DNA from: an uncultured Nitrospiraceae bacterium
GTDB lineage: Bacteria > UBA10199 > SBBF01
Direction: 5' to 3'
DNA length: 60,480 nucleotides
Assembly (NCBI GenBank): GCA_964592255.1
Contig: CAZQCI010000002.1
Coordinates: forward strand, 1 to 60,480
Below the pieces are notes generated by a model, which ran no database searches, had not been told where the DNA came from, and was given only the letters and a program-made list of their open reading frames with translations. Positions 20,220 through 30,309 of the stretch are shown piece by piece. Position 1 is the stretch's first letter; each line of letters begins with the position of its first letter. Both the position numbers and the translations under genes were made by a program.

Positions 20220-20687
20220 ATGAAAACATTATTAAAAAAAATCGATGGGCTTCTTGTGAAAATAGGATCCAAACTGACAGATCCTTTTTTATTGGCTGTG
20301 CGCCTCTATTGGGGTTGGCAGTTTTTTATAGCTGGAAAAGGAAAACTTATGGACATCACACGAGTGACAGAGTTTTTTACCAGTTTAGGAATTCCTTTTC
20401 CCCATGCTAATGCTGTTTTTGTAGGTGGGTTGGAATGTTTTGGTGGGCTTCTTCTGTTGGCTGGTTTATTTTCACGCTGGATTACCGCTCCTCTTATCAT
20501 TAACATGTGTGTTGCTTATCTCACGGCTCATCGTGAGGTTGTCGTTAACATTTTTAATAATTCGGACGATTTTGTCTCTGCAGCGCCGTTTTTATTCCTT
20601 ATGGCCAGCTTGATTGTTTTTATATTTGGCCCTGGAAAAATTTCGTTGGATGCACTTTGTGGACGATGTTGTCATAAAAAAACTTAA
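20220..20687 (+). CDS. DoxX-family integral membrane protein
   Basis: About 155 aa with four TM helices. Has a DoxX-like RLYWGWQFFIAGKGKL ... GGLECFGGLLLLAGLFSR pattern and a GGGGA RBS. Confidence 0.65.
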   Translation: MKTLLKKIDGLLVKIGSKLTDPFLLAVRLYWGWQFFIAGKGKLMDITRVTEFFTSLGIPFPHANAVFVGGLECFGGLLLLAGLFSRWITAPLIINMCVAYLTAHREVVVNIFNNSDDFVSAAPFLFLMASLIVFIFGPGKISLDALCGRCCHKKT

Positions 20688-20690
20688 TTC

Positions 20691-22493
20691 ATGTCCCTGA
20701 TTCTTAGTTCTCAATCTCTGGCCAAATCATTTAGCTCACGACCTTTGTTTACGGACATCTCTATCGGCATTGCTGATAACGATCAAGTTGGCATGATTGG
20801 GCCCAATGGCTCGGGGAAATCCACTCTTCTTAAAATTCTGGCGGGTTTGGAAACTCCCGACGATGGAGAAGTTGCCGTCACGCGTAACACCCGCATTTGT
20901 TATTTGCCCCAAGAGGATGTTTTTGAGGAGGACAGTTCTGTCCACGATATTTTGGTGGCGGCTCTCAAAAAACATCATTTAGAAGATTACGAAAAAGAGT
21001 TGGAAGCGCTCACGCTTGCCGACCAAGCTGGCTTTAATGACCCTTACAAAAAAGCAAAAAACTTATCCGGTGGTTGGCGTAAACGCTTGGCCATTTGTCG
21101 TCAACTCATTCAAAAACCGGATTTGTTGTTGATGGATGAGCCCACCAATCATCTCGATATCGAAGGAATTTTGTGGCTGGAAGAAATTCTCAAAAAAAAC
21201 CGTAGCGCGTATCTGATTATCAGCCACGATCGTTATTTTTTAGAACATATCAGTAAGCGGGTGATTGAGCTCAACCGCCGCTATCCCGAAGGGCATTTCT
21301 CCGCCAAAGGTTCTTACAGCGATTTTTTAGAAGCGCGTGAAAATTTTTTCGCAGGCCAACTTCGTAATCAACAAACTCTCGAAAACAGGGTGCGCAGAGA
21401 GGTCGAATGGCTTCGACGAGGTCCACCGGCGCGCACAACAAAGTCCAGTGCCCGTATTAAGCAAGCTCATCAGCTTATTGATAATTTGGAAGAAATTAAA
21501 TACCGCAATAATCAGGTGGGTCGTGTCAAAATTGATTTTACCGGCTCCGACCGCAAAGCTAAAAAACTTCTCGCAGCGGAAAACCTGGAAATGTCGCGAG
21601 GCGGAAAACTTCTTTTCAAAAACTTAAACCTTCTTCTCTCCCCGGGAATGAAACTGGGTCTTTTGGGCCTTAATGGTAGCGGCAAAAGCACACTGATCAA
21701 AACTCTTATCGGTTCTCTCAAGCCTCAAGTAGGCACGATTGAGCGTGCCGAACATTTGCGCATCGTTTTCTTTGACCAAAATCGCGAAACGTTGGACAAC
21801 ACGCTCACCTTACGACGTGCCCTTGTTCCTCACGGTGATCAGGTGACGTATCAGGGAAAACCCGTTCATATTGTTAGCTGGGCTAAGAAATTTTTATTCC
21901 AACCCGAACAATTGGAAGTTCCTATTAAAGATCTCTCCGGTGGTGAACGCGCTCGGATTTTAATTGCCAATTTAATGCAAAAAGAAGCGGATCTTTTAAT
22001 TTTAGATGAACCTACAAATGATCTAGATATTCCCACGCTGGAAGTACTGGAAGAAAGTTTGCAAGACTTCCAAGGCGCTATGCTTTTGGTGACTCACGAC
22101 CGCTATATGCTTGATCGTGTTGCTACTCATTTATTGGCACTTGACGGAAAAGGCGGTGCGGAATTTTTTGCCGACTACGCCCAGTGGGAACAAGCCCAAA
22201 AAGAAGAGAAAGACACTCCCAAATCTGACAAGCCCCAACTTGCCACATCTCAAGTATCCCCACCGGCTAAAAAATTAAGCTATAAAGAGCAAAAAGAATT
22301 ACAGCAGATGGAAGCCACTATTCTCAAAGCCGAAGAACAAGTGAAATTCTACGAGGAAGAAATGCAAAATCCCAAAGTGGTCGCCAATCCCACTGAACTC
22401 AATAAAATCTGCCTACAATTAAAAGAAGCCCAAGAAAAAGTGGAAACCCTCTACAAACGTTGGGCGGAGTTAGGGGAGAAGAAGATTACCTGA
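20691..22493 (+). CDS. ABC-F family ATPase (Uup/EttA-like, no membrane domain)
   Basis: Two ABC cassettes with Walker A GPNGSGKST and GLNGSGKST, signatures LSGGWRKR and LSGGERAR, and Walker B LLLMDEPTNHLD and LLILDEPTNDLD. The C-terminus is a coiled-coil tail. Confidence 0.88.
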   Translation: MSLILSSQSLAKSFSSRPLFTDISIGIADNDQVGMIGPNGSGKSTLLKILAGLETPDDGEVAVTRNTRICYLPQEDVFEEDSSVHDILVAALKKHHLEDYEKELEALTLADQAGFNDPYKKAKNLSGGWRKRLAICRQLIQKPDLLLMDEPTNHLDIEGILWLEEILKKNRSAYLIISHDRYFLEHISKRVIELNRRYPEGHFSAKGSYSDFLEARENFFAGQLRNQQTLENRVRREVEWLRRGPPARTTKSSARIKQAHQLIDNLEEIKYRNNQVGRVKIDFTGSDRKAKKLLAAENLEMSRGGKLLFKNLNLLLSPGMKLGLLGLNGSGKSTLIKTLIGSLKPQVGTIERAEHLRIVFFDQNRETLDNTLTLRRALVPHGDQVTYQGKPVHIVSWAKKFLFQPEQLEVPIKDLSGGERARILIANLMQKEADLLILDEPTNDLDIPTLEVLEESLQDFQGAMLLVTHDRYMLDRVATHLLALDGKGGAEFFADYAQWEQAQKEEKDTPKSDKPQLATSQVSPPAKKLSYKEQKELQQMEATILKAEEQVKFYEEEMQNPKVVANPTELNKICLQLKEAQEKVETLYKRWAELGEKKIT

Positions 22494-23145
22494 ATTTTTT
22501 AACTCCCACTTTTTCGCAATATTGATCCACCGGACACCGGCTACACCAAGGGGAGACGGGAACGCAGAGGTTTTGGCCAAAGGTGACTAAAATGTCGTTG
22601 TAGGTTTTCCAATGTTTTTTCGGGAGTTTTTTTCTCAAAACCGTTTCGCTTTCATCTGCCGTCGTGGTCCGAATATAGCCGAGGCGATTGCTGATGCGGT
22701 GGACGTGGACGTCCACGCAGATTCCGTAATCGTCAAAGCCGACGGTTAACACGAGGTTGGCGGTTTTTCTTCCGACTCCGGGTAGCGAGAGCAATTCCTC
22801 CATCGTTTTGGGAACCAGTCCGTTGTGTTTTTCGATCAAGATTTTGCAAATTTCCAAAATATGTTTGGCTTTGGTTTTGTAAAATCCGGCAGGATAGATT
22901 AATTTTTCAATCGTATTTTGAGAAAGTTTTAAGATGTCCTGCGGCGTACGCGCTTTTGAAAATAATTTCTGCGACGCCATCATCGTCACTGCGTCTTTTG
23001 TTCTGAGGGATAAAACCGTACTGATCAAGGTTTCAAAAGGACGATCAACGGCTTCTTCAGCAATCACTCCCACAACGGGAACTTTCCATTTTTTAATTTC
23101 ATGTCTTAAGATTTTAAGAACAAGTTCCAGAGTTGCTGTATTCAT
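22486..23145 (-). CDS. nth: Endonuclease III (DNA glycosylase / AP lyase)
   Basis: HhH-GPD motif LPGVGRKTANLV, a catalytic Asp region, and a C-terminal 4-Cys Fe-S cluster loop (CVPVSPWCSRCPVDQYC). Confidence 0.88.
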   Translation of the reverse strand: MNTATLELVLKILRHEIKKWKVPVVGVIAEEAVDRPFETLISTVLSLRTKDAVTMMASQKLFSKARTPQDILKLSQNTIEKLIYPAGFYKTKAKHILEICKILIEKHNGLVPKTMEELLSLPGVGRKTANLVLTVGFDDYGICVDVHVHRISNRLGYIRTTTADESETVLRKKLPKKHWKTYNDILVTFGQNLCVPVSPWCSRCPVDQYCEKVGVKKFR

Positions 23146-23150
23146 TTGTG

Positions 23151-23837
23151 CTATTTATAGACGGATAGTTCCTGGATGAGTTTTTCATAAAGTTCCCCCA
23201 ACCAAGGAATATCTTCTGACTTGGGGCTAGTTATGGGTGGCGCATGGCGCAAGTCGTTGGGGGCAATGATGACTTTGGTGTGTTCAATGCCTGTGCGAGC
23301 AGCGATAGTGAATAAGCTTTCGATATTGATATTACCCATAGCCAAACAGCCGCTGGATCCTCTTTGGCCATGAATGAAAATATCTCCTCCACAATTTACT
23401 CTTCGCTCCCGATGAGCTTTTTCTTGATCAAAAGAATTGGGATAATTTACTTTCATCGCCAAGTGATAGTTACTGTTAGGATGGAGAAATTCGATACTGT
23501 AAATTCCTTCCGGAACTTGCATGTCGCCTTGTTTTAGTTTGGGTCCAGCCATCCCACTGGCGGCAAGAATCTTATAGTTGCGAATGAAGGTCCAGGGCCC
23601 TGTTGTATCATGTGCCCATAATTCCATGCGGCGCTCTTTTTTAAAGAATAAAAAACTGGTTTCTTGTGGAGGGTAGGCTACTTTGGCTTTTTTAAATTCG
23701 TGCTTAATGGCGGCTTCGCGCGTAGGGTTGATTTCTGCCAAAACACTTTCAGTGGTCCGTGGACCAGGGCCCAGGGCGGAAGGTGCACAGTGGATGCAGA
23801 AAAATAAAATTAAAAATCCTAAAAAAATATTTTTCAT
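23151..23837 (-). CDS. L,D-transpeptidase (YkuD-fold) family protein, exported
   Basis: Signal peptide. Active-site-like IFIHGQRGSSGCLAMGN (H...GC motif of YkuD domains). Its stop lies 5 nt before the nth start. Confidence 0.7.
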   Translation of the reverse strand: MKNIFLGFLILFFCIHCAPSALGPGPRTTESVLAEINPTREAAIKHEFKKAKVAYPPQETSFLFFKKERRMELWAHDTTGPWTFIRNYKILAASGMAGPKLKQGDMQVPEGIYSIEFLHPNSNYHLAMKVNYPNSFDQEKAHRERRVNCGGDIFIHGQRGSSGCLAMGNINIESLFTIAARTGIEHTKVIIAPNDLRHAPPITSPKSEDIPWLGELYEKLIQELSVYK

Positions 23838-23872
23838 TTAAATATAAATGATGTCGATAATCGGGCTACTTG

Positions 23873-26353
23873 TCAATTCGGCTTTTCTGGCCACTTGTGC
23901 CGTGGGTATCGCCGTGCAAGCTCTCTACGGACTTGAGGATACATATTAGTCCAAAAACTTTTTAAGTCATGCGTGACTTGAACAGGTCTTCTATTGGGAG
24001 CTAACAAATGAAGGAGCAACGGTATTTTTCCCTGAAGCAGGCTAGGTGTTGTTTCAAGACCAAAAAAATCTTGAAGCCGCGACTCCACCCATGGGCTTTT
24101 TGCAAACGGGTAATGAATTTTTACTTTTCGACCCGAAGGAAGAGTAAGCTGATCGGGCAATTTTTTTTGCATATCCGCGATCAGGGAATAATCAAGAGCT
24201 GTAAAAAAAAGAGCGTCCCATTGCTCTGGTAAAAACTTGCTGAGATCAGGTTGTGTGGAAAATATTTTTTTGAGAATTGTTTTTAAAGAGTTTCCAGTTA
24301 GATCCGGAATTTCCAGATTTTTAAACTGTTCTTTCATCAAACGGATTTTTCCAAAAAAATATTCCAGCGGTCCTGAATCTGTTTTTTGGGAAATATTCAA
24401 AAGAACCTTTTCAACGCTTAGATGCGTGTCATCCACATCGATATTTAATCCTTTCTTGATGTAGAGCTCTATGGCTTTCTCATTGTCTTGTATAGGCCCC
24501 ACTGTTTCGGAGAGAACAAGGTTTCCGTAATTGATTTGGGAAATTTGAACCACTTTCTTTTGATTGTTGTCCCAAAGCATCTCTTCATTTTCTTTTAAAA
24601 GGTCGTTGTCCAATTCCAATAACCAATCTGGCTTTATCGAACAGAGAGAGCGAATATGGGTTTTGCCTTTGGTGGAACCTGTGTTGGTTCTTTCCTGAAT
24701 ATCCAGGACGACAAAGTAATCGTTTGTGGAAACAATTCCAGTGGCATTGATAGAGCCAGAGCCACCAAGACAGAGAAGTAGTTCACATTCAGCCTGATTT
24801 TTCCCCATTTTTCTTTTTTGAGCCACTCGGTCTGGAAACCCCGTGAGAAGGGCAAAACACAAATCTTCTTTTTTATTTTTTCTAGCCTGCGACACAGGAG
24901 AATCAAAGTTAGATAAAATCTGATGCATTATTTTTCTTGCGCTATCGGGCATGTGATTTTTGTTCAAACACTCCAGTGCATCCAATTCCCCCAACTCATC
25001 TTCGTTGATCAACGCGGCTAAAAGAGATGCTTCTTTTAAAATTCCTTTTTTTTCGGCTTCAATCATCATCCGAGATAAGCGTGGATGAAGGGGAAGCGAG
25101 GTCATTTTTTTGCCTCTATCCGTTAATTGTCCGCTCGTCGAAAGTGCGCCTAAATGTTTGAGAAGGTCCCAAGAGCTTTTTACAGAATTGGGAGGAGGAT
25201 TTTCAAACCATTCCAACATGTCCAAATTGGAAATTCCCAGATTCATGATTTCCAATAAGATTTGTGTTAAATCTGCTCTTCTGATTTCAGGAATATCATA
25301 GTCGCCACGCCCCATGAAATCGCTTTGGGTATAGAGACGCAAGCAATGCCCTGGAGCTGTTCTTCCGGCTCGTCCGGCACGCTGAATAGCGGAGGCTTTG
25401 GAGATAGGCCGTGTTTTAAGTGTAGGAACTCCACTCCAAAAAGAATAGCTGGCTTGCCGATAAAGCCCGCTGTCGATAACGGTAGTGACTCCATCAATGG
25501 TCAATGAGCTTTCTGCAATATTGGTGGCCAGAATGACTTTTGTCTCAGTTGTTTTTGAAAAAATTTTTTCCTGCTCTTCTTTAGGTAAGTCTCCATGGAG
25601 TGGAAGAATGAGTATGCCGGGAATTTTAGAGCTTTCAAGCGCTTCCGTTGCTTTTCTAATTTCTGCCATGCCAGGGAGAAAAACTAAAATATCACCGATG
25701 TTGCCTGTTTGTTTGTTTTTTTGAATGGCTTCAATCACACCCATGCGCACCAATTTCGGAAGAGGGTGGCTGGGGACTGTGGGAAGATAAGAAACAGTAA
25801 CAGGATAACAAGGCGCTTCAATTTCAATGACGGAACAGTTTCCCAAATAGTTTTGGACAGCTTGGGTGTCCAATGTGGCGGACATCACGATGAGTTTTAA
25901 ATCGTTTCGTTTTGTTTTTTGTAAATGTCTTAAATAAGAAAGAGCCGCATCGGAATGCAGATGACGCTCGTGAAATTCATCTAAAATAACACACCCAACT
26001 CGGCTTAAATTTTTATCCTGTAACAGTCGTCTGAATAAAAGGCCTTCTGTAATAAAGCAAAGGCGAGTGGAGGATGATGTCACATTTTCATGACGAAATT
26101 GATAACCGATGATTTGGCCTAAAGATTCTCCACGCTCTTCGGCTACCCGCCGTGCAGCCATTTTTGCGGCCAAGCGTCGAGGTACCAGGATGAGAATTTC
26201 CTGATCCACTGGAAAAAAATCTAACAAAGCCGGAGGCACCCGTGTGGTTTTTCCTGAACCGGGTGAGGCTTTAATGATCAGATTGCTCTCCCGCTTTACT
26301 AGTTCCAGAATGCGGGAAATAAAATTATCGATAGGGAGAGACATACGTTTCAT
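23873..26353 (-). CDS. hrpB: ATP-dependent RNA helicase HrpB (DEAH-box)
   Basis: Walker A SPGSGKTT, DEFH box (ILDEFHERH), SAT, QRAGRAGR, and a long HrpB-type C-terminal domain. Start chosen at MKRMSLPID (GGAG 8 nt upstream). The longest ORF reaches 26395. Confidence 0.88.
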   Translation of the reverse strand: MKRMSLPIDNFISRILELVKRESNLIIKASPGSGKTTRVPPALLDFFPVDQEILILVPRRLAAKMAARRVAEERGESLGQIIGYQFRHENVTSSSTRLCFITEGLLFRRLLQDKNLSRVGCVILDEFHERHLHSDAALSYLRHLQKTKRNDLKLIVMSATLDTQAVQNYLGNCSVIEIEAPCYPVTVSYLPTVPSHPLPKLVRMGVIEAIQKNKQTGNIGDILVFLPGMAEIRKATEALESSKIPGILILPLHGDLPKEEQEKIFSKTTETKVILATNIAESSLTIDGVTTVIDSGLYRQASYSFWSGVPTLKTRPISKASAIQRAGRAGRTAPGHCLRLYTQSDFMGRGDYDIPEIRRADLTQILLEIMNLGISNLDMLEWFENPPPNSVKSSWDLLKHLGALSTSGQLTDRGKKMTSLPLHPRLSRMMIEAEKKGILKEASLLAALINEDELGELDALECLNKNHMPDSARKIMHQILSNFDSPVSQARKNKKEDLCFALLTGFPDRVAQKRKMGKNQAECELLLCLGGSGSINATGIVSTNDYFVVLDIQERTNTGSTKGKTHIRSLCSIKPDWLLELDNDLLKENEEMLWDNNQKKVVQISQINYGNLVLSETVGPIQDNEKAIELYIKKGLNIDVDDTHLSVEKVLLNISQKTDSGPLEYFFGKIRLMKEQFKNLEIPDLTGNSLKTILKKIFSTQPDLSKFLPEQWDALFFTALDYSLIADMQKKLPDQLTLPSGRKVKIHYPFAKSPWVESRLQDFFGLETTPSLLQGKIPLLLHLLAPNRRPVQVTHDLKSFWTNMYPQVRRELARRYPRHKWPEKPN

Positions 26354-26612
26354 CTTCTGGTCTCCATATTGGCAAATGAGCTGGTATTCAAACAAAATCC
26401 TGACTTAAAAAAATAAACCCTACCGATGAGTATCATTAATAATATTGAGAAACTCGAAAAGATTTGGAAGCTCCAGAAGTTTATCCAGGCCATTTTTTTC
26501 AGAAAGCACTTTCCCGGGACAGAATCCTGGAAGGAACGGCTTGATCTTTTTCCCAGACGGAGGGTGAATGACTCAAAAATAATCATTATTTCCAGGTACT
26601 TATGATTTTTTA

Positions 26613-26640
26613 AAAAATGAATGAATACCCATTCATTTTT
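26613..26640. promoter_or_regulatory. Perfect 11-bp inverted repeat (candidate operator) upstream of fadE
   Basis: AAAAATGAATG-aatacc-CATTCATTTTT, located 88 nt upstream of the fadE ATG in a 332-bp non-coding region between divergent hrpB and fadE. Confidence 0.45.
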
Positions 26641-26727
26641 TACTTGCTTAAGTCTCTTTCTTTTTTGTAAAAAGGAGGGATGGCAATTTGTGCCTTTTTA
26701 AGGAACTTTATTTTTTAAGGAGGGATT

Positions 26728-29193
26728 ATGGAATTTTTTAATACGGTTTACGGTGTATTTTTATCCAACCTCAACCTGGCCATTGTGGGCTCGGTCTTGG
26801 CGGTGTTGGTGATCGGCTTTACCGGTGCGCCATTTTTAGTATGGTCGCTGGTGATTGCTGGCATTCTTGTTGGATTTAAGGTGCCGCTTCCTCTTCTGTA
26901 TGCCTTCCTGGGCGTGGCGGTGTTGTTTAACGTCAAACCTCTCCGTCGTACTTTAATCACAAGTATTCTTATGAAAGTGATGAAGGGGTTTATGCCAAAA
27001 ATTTCCGAAACCGAAAAAGTCGCTTTGGAAGCAGGGGTAGTTTGGGTGGAAAAAGATTTATTTTCCGGAAAACCCGACTTCAAAAAAATATTGAACGAAC
27101 CTTACCCGCAACTTACCAAAGAAGAACAAGAGTTCCTTAATGGTCCTGTTAATCGTTTGTGTGAAGTGTTGGATGATTGGAAAATTTGGAACGAACGTGA
27201 GCTTCCTAAAGAAGCATGGGACATCATTAAAAAGGAGAAGTTTTTAGGGATGATTATCCCCAAGGAATATGGCGGCTTGGGTTTTTCCGCCTTGGCTCAC
27301 AGTGAAGTGATTATGAAGTTAGGGGCTCGTTCCACACCGGCTTGTGTCACTGTCATGGTTCCTAATTCCTTAGGACCTGCGGAACTTCTTATCCATTATG
27401 GAACAGAAGCTCAGAAAAAACGCTTGTTGCCTAAATTAGCTAGTGGTGAAGAGCTTCCTTGCTTTGCATTGACTGAACCGATGGCAGGGAGTGATGCGGG
27501 CTCTCTTACTTCCGACGGTGTTCTTTTTAAAGGAGATGACGGTCGCCTTAAAATCAAGCTTAACTGGGATAAACGTTGGATTACTCTCGCAGCTATTTCA
27601 ACGACTTTAGGTTTAGCTTTCCGTTTGAAAGATCCCGGTAACCTTTTAGGTAAGGGTGAAGATGTAGGTATTACCTGCGCTCTTGTTCCGTCCAGTACCA
27701 AAGGTGTGGTCATTGGACGTCGTCACGATCCATTGGGCGTGCCTTTCTACAATTGTCCTACTCAAGGCCATGATGTGGTCGTGGATGCTGAAGACTGCAT
27801 CGTTGGAGGAGTGAATGGTGCCGGTCGTGGTTGGAAAATGCTTATGGAATGCTTGGCGGCCGGTCGCGGTATTTCGCTTCCTGCACAAAGCGTGGGTGGT
27901 GCCAAAATGGTTACCCGTGTCGCTGGAGCTCATGCCACCATTCGTAAACAATTCGGTGTTTCTATCGGAAAGTTTGAAGGGGTTGAAGAACCTTTGGCCC
28001 GTATTGGTAGCTTTACTTACCTGATGGAAGCCGCTCGTCGTTATGTGTGCGGCGCCTTGGATCAGGGAATTAAGCCGCCTGTCATTACCGCCATTGCAAA
28101 ATACAACCAAACCGAATTGGCTCGTAAAATTATTACCGACGGTATGGATGTTTTGGGAGGCTCCGGTATTTCACGTGGCCCTCGTAACTTGTTGGCTCAT
28201 ACTTATATCGGGATGCCCATTGGTATTACCGTTGAAGGAGCCAATATCATGACCCGTACCTTGATTATTTTCGGTCAAGGGGCTTTACGGGCTCATCCGT
28301 ATGCTTTTAAAGAAGTGGATGCAATTGATAAGAATGACTTGAAGGGCTTTGATAACGCCTTCTGGGGACATATTGGACACGTGGTTCGCAATACGTTCCG
28401 TTCCGTTCTTCTCAGTGTCACACGTGGACATTTGGCCAGTTCCCCAGTGGGTGGGCCGGTGGCCAAGTATTATCGCCGTCTCGCTTGGGCTTCCGCTTCA
28501 TTTGCTATCATGTCGGATATTGCCATGGGTTCTTTGGGCGGTAGCCTTAAATTCCGTGAAAAAATTACCGGCCGTTTTGCCGATATTCTTTCATGGATGT
28601 TTTTAGGCTCTGCTACTCTTCGCCGTTTTGAAGCCGAAGGTCGCAAGTCGGAAGATTTGCCCTTTGTTCATTACAGCATGAGCTATGCATTGGCTCAAAT
28701 TCAAAAAGCCTTTGATGGTATTTTTGAAAATATCGGCGTTCCTGGCTTGGGTTGGTTGTTTTCTGGCCCCATTCGTTTGTGGTCCCATCTTAATTCTTTG
28801 GGTGAGGAAGCCGATGATGTGATTGGGCATCAAGTGGCCAGCCTGATTCAAAAAGAAGGTGAGCAACGCGATCGCTTAACAGATGGTTTGTTTTTCCCTA
28901 CCAAAGAAGGAGAACAACTCAAGCGTTTGGAAGTGGCTTTTAAAGTTATTAAAAGCTCTGAAGCGGCTGAGAAGAAAATTGTTGCTGCCATCAAGTCTAA
29001 GCAATTGCCTAAAAATAAAATTCCCGCTCTTGTTGAAGAAGCACTCCGCAAAGGTATTATCTCCGATACGGAAGCTGCCAATCTCAAGAAATCCAATGAG
29101 CTGCGCTTAGACGCGGTGACTGTGGATGATTTTTCGCAAGAAGAATATCTTGGTTCCGCCCGTAACTTAGATCGGGCTTCGGGCGCTGCCTAA
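26728..29193 (+). CDS. fadE: Long (FadE-type) acyl-CoA dehydrogenase with N-terminal membrane segment
   Basis: 821 aa. Two N-terminal TM helices, an acyl-CoA dehydrogenase core (FALTEPMAGSDAG..., GRGISLPAQSVGG) and a C-terminal extension as in E. coli FadE (about 814 aa). Strong AAGGAGGG RBS. Confidence 0.85.
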   Translation: MEFFNTVYGVFLSNLNLAIVGSVLAVLVIGFTGAPFLVWSLVIAGILVGFKVPLPLLYAFLGVAVLFNVKPLRRTLITSILMKVMKGFMPKISETEKVALEAGVVWVEKDLFSGKPDFKKILNEPYPQLTKEEQEFLNGPVNRLCEVLDDWKIWNERELPKEAWDIIKKEKFLGMIIPKEYGGLGFSALAHSEVIMKLGARSTPACVTVMVPNSLGPAELLIHYGTEAQKKRLLPKLASGEELPCFALTEPMAGSDAGSLTSDGVLFKGDDGRLKIKLNWDKRWITLAAISTTLGLAFRLKDPGNLLGKGEDVGITCALVPSSTKGVVIGRRHDPLGVPFYNCPTQGHDVVVDAEDCIVGGVNGAGRGWKMLMECLAAGRGISLPAQSVGGAKMVTRVAGAHATIRKQFGVSIGKFEGVEEPLARIGSFTYLMEAARRYVCGALDQGIKPPVITAIAKYNQTELARKIITDGMDVLGGSGISRGPRNLLAHTYIGMPIGITVEGANIMTRTLIIFGQGALRAHPYAFKEVDAIDKNDLKGFDNAFWGHIGHVVRNTFRSVLLSVTRGHLASSPVGGPVAKYYRRLAWASASFAIMSDIAMGSLGGSLKFREKITGRFADILSWMFLGSATLRRFEAEGRKSEDLPFVHYSMSYALAQIQKAFDGIFENIGVPGLGWLFSGPIRLWSHLNSLGEEADDVIGHQVASLIQKEGEQRDRLTDGLFFPTKEGEQLKRLEVAFKVIKSSEAAEKKIVAAIKSKQLPKNKIPALVEEALRKGIISDTEAANLKKSNELRLDAVTVDDFSQEEYLGSARNLDRASGAA

Positions 29194-29218
29194 GCCGAGT
29201 AGATGTTAAAAATAAAAA

Positions 29219-29252
29219 GGGCTTCTCTTGAAGAAAGAGAAGCCCTTTTTTA
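29219..29252. terminator. Bidirectional rho-independent terminator between convergent fadE and the 29377-29712 gene
   Basis: 11-bp stem GGGCTTCTCTT/AAGAGAAGCCC with a 5-nt loop. A T-run follows on the plus strand and an A-run precedes it, which reads as a T-run on the minus strand. Confidence 0.75.
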
Positions 29253-29376
29253 TTGCCCAAATCCCCAGTGACTCCGTCACAATCCCTATACCTACGTCAT
29301 CCCGGAACTCATGGCTAAAAACTTGAGCGGTGAGTTCAGGCCTCCCAAAAAAATCAAACGGAGACGCGACCTATTT

Positions 29377-29712
29377 TTATTTTCGGATGACACTGAAGCT
29401 CTTGAGAGTTTTTTCCAAATCTGTTTTTTCTTTTTCTCCTTCGGCAATGGATTCAGCTTTTTCTTTAAGAGATGCTGTAATGGTTAAGGAGCGTCCCTTC
29501 AGCAATTTAACAGCTACTTCTTGTCCTAAAGTGAGGTATTGTTTTTCTAATTTGTTCCGGATTTTAATTAAGGCCATTTCCAATTTTATGGCTTCCATCG
29601 CTTTGTCTTTGACGAAACCAGCTTCTTGGGCTCCGGTTTTTAGGTAGGTCATGCCTGTTTCAAAGGCTTCTTTTAATCGTTGTGCGGTTTTTTCAAAATC
29701 TTTTTTGTCCAT
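29377..29712 (-). CDS. Hypothetical coiled-coil protein
   Basis: ATG at 29712 (MDKKDFEK...) is preceded by GGGGGA. Charged, heptad-like sequence with no recognisable family. The longer TTG-initiated ORF (to 29733) would run into the upstream terminator. Confidence 0.5.
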   Translation of the reverse strand: MDKKDFEKTAQRLKEAFETGMTYLKTGAQEAGFVKDKAMEAIKLEMALIKIRNKLEKQYLTLGQEVAVKLLKGRSLTITASLKEKAESIAEGEKEKTDLEKTLKSFSVIRK

Positions 29713-29730
29713 GTCTTCCCCCTTTTTGCC

Positions 29731-29765
29731 CAAAAAAAAAAGGGCCCTGCTTGTGACAGGGCCCT
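29731..29765 (-). terminator. Rho-independent terminator of the secreted-protein gene (29782-30309)
   Basis: 9-bp GC-rich stem AGGGCCCTG/CAGGGCCCT with a 7-nt loop, followed on the minus strand by 10 T. Confidence 0.7.
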
Positions 29766-29781
29766 TTACTTCAAATATGAC

Positions 29782-30309
29782 TTACTTGCCTTCGCTCACG
29801 ATTTTTACAGAGTTCATGGCTTGTTGGCATTGAGATTTAAAGTTAGAGAATTCCCCTTTATTGGCAGTGCATTCAAGGAAGAATCCTTTGGCAGCGTTTC
29901 TCCAAACACCAATGTAGTAAGTCAGTTGGTTTTCTTCGTTACTACCGGTAATCAACGATACGTTACGACCATTGATGACGGTGTCGGTGGTGGATTTGAT
30001 CTTAATCCCACGTTGAGACAACTTGGGCTTAAGAGCTTTGGCATAGTCATGCGCAGTTTGTCCGCTGACGTTTTCATCATAGTTTAAGCGGATGACTGGG
30101 TTTACATCTTTCTTGTGATAAACCCATTTTACAGGACGGTCATCATCTGCAGTTCTTTGGGTATCCCAGTTGTTGTTGGGTTTGCAGACTTTAAATGTGT
30201 TATCGATGGTCACACATTTGGTGCCTTGCCAGTCGAGGTGGACGGCTTGAGCCTTGACGGCAGTCAAGACTAAGGCCAACCCGGCCAGGGCGATAATGGT
30301 TTTCTTCAT
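29782..30309 (-). CDS. Hypothetical secreted protein
   Basis: ATG at 30309 has an AAGGAGAG RBS. Clear signal peptide MKKTIIALAGLALVLTAVKAQA. Followed by a rho-independent terminator. No family recognised. Confidence 0.6.
   Translation of the reverse strand: MKKTIIALAGLALVLTAVKAQAVHLDWQGTKCVTIDNTFKVCKPNNNWDTQRTADDDRPVKWVYHKKDVNPVIRLNYDENVSGQTAHDYAKALKPKLSQRGIKIKSTTDTVINGRNVSLITGSNEENQLTYYIGVWRNAAKGFFLECTANKGEFSNFKSQCQQAMNSVKIVSEGK

Noticed and set aside
26350-26586. 78-aa minus-strand ORF upstream of hrpB.
   Set aside because: It overlaps the hrpB start region, is hydrophobic and low-complexity, and has no RBS. I treat the region as regulatory instead.
26680-26718. 12-codon mini-ORF (MAICAFLRNFIF) ahead of fadE, considered as a leader peptide.
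   Set aside because: Its SD-to-ATG spacing is about 1 nt, and there is no codon bias suggesting attenuation. I mention it under the fadE control region but do not annotate it as a gene.
29296-29314. GTCATCCCGGAACTCATGG resembles a collapsed copy of the 57.2-kb repeat (GTCATCCC plus the reverse complement of its loop, CCATGAGTTCC).
   Set aside because: It is only ~19 nt and lacks hairpin arms, so it could be a deletion derivative or coincidence. Too short to call.
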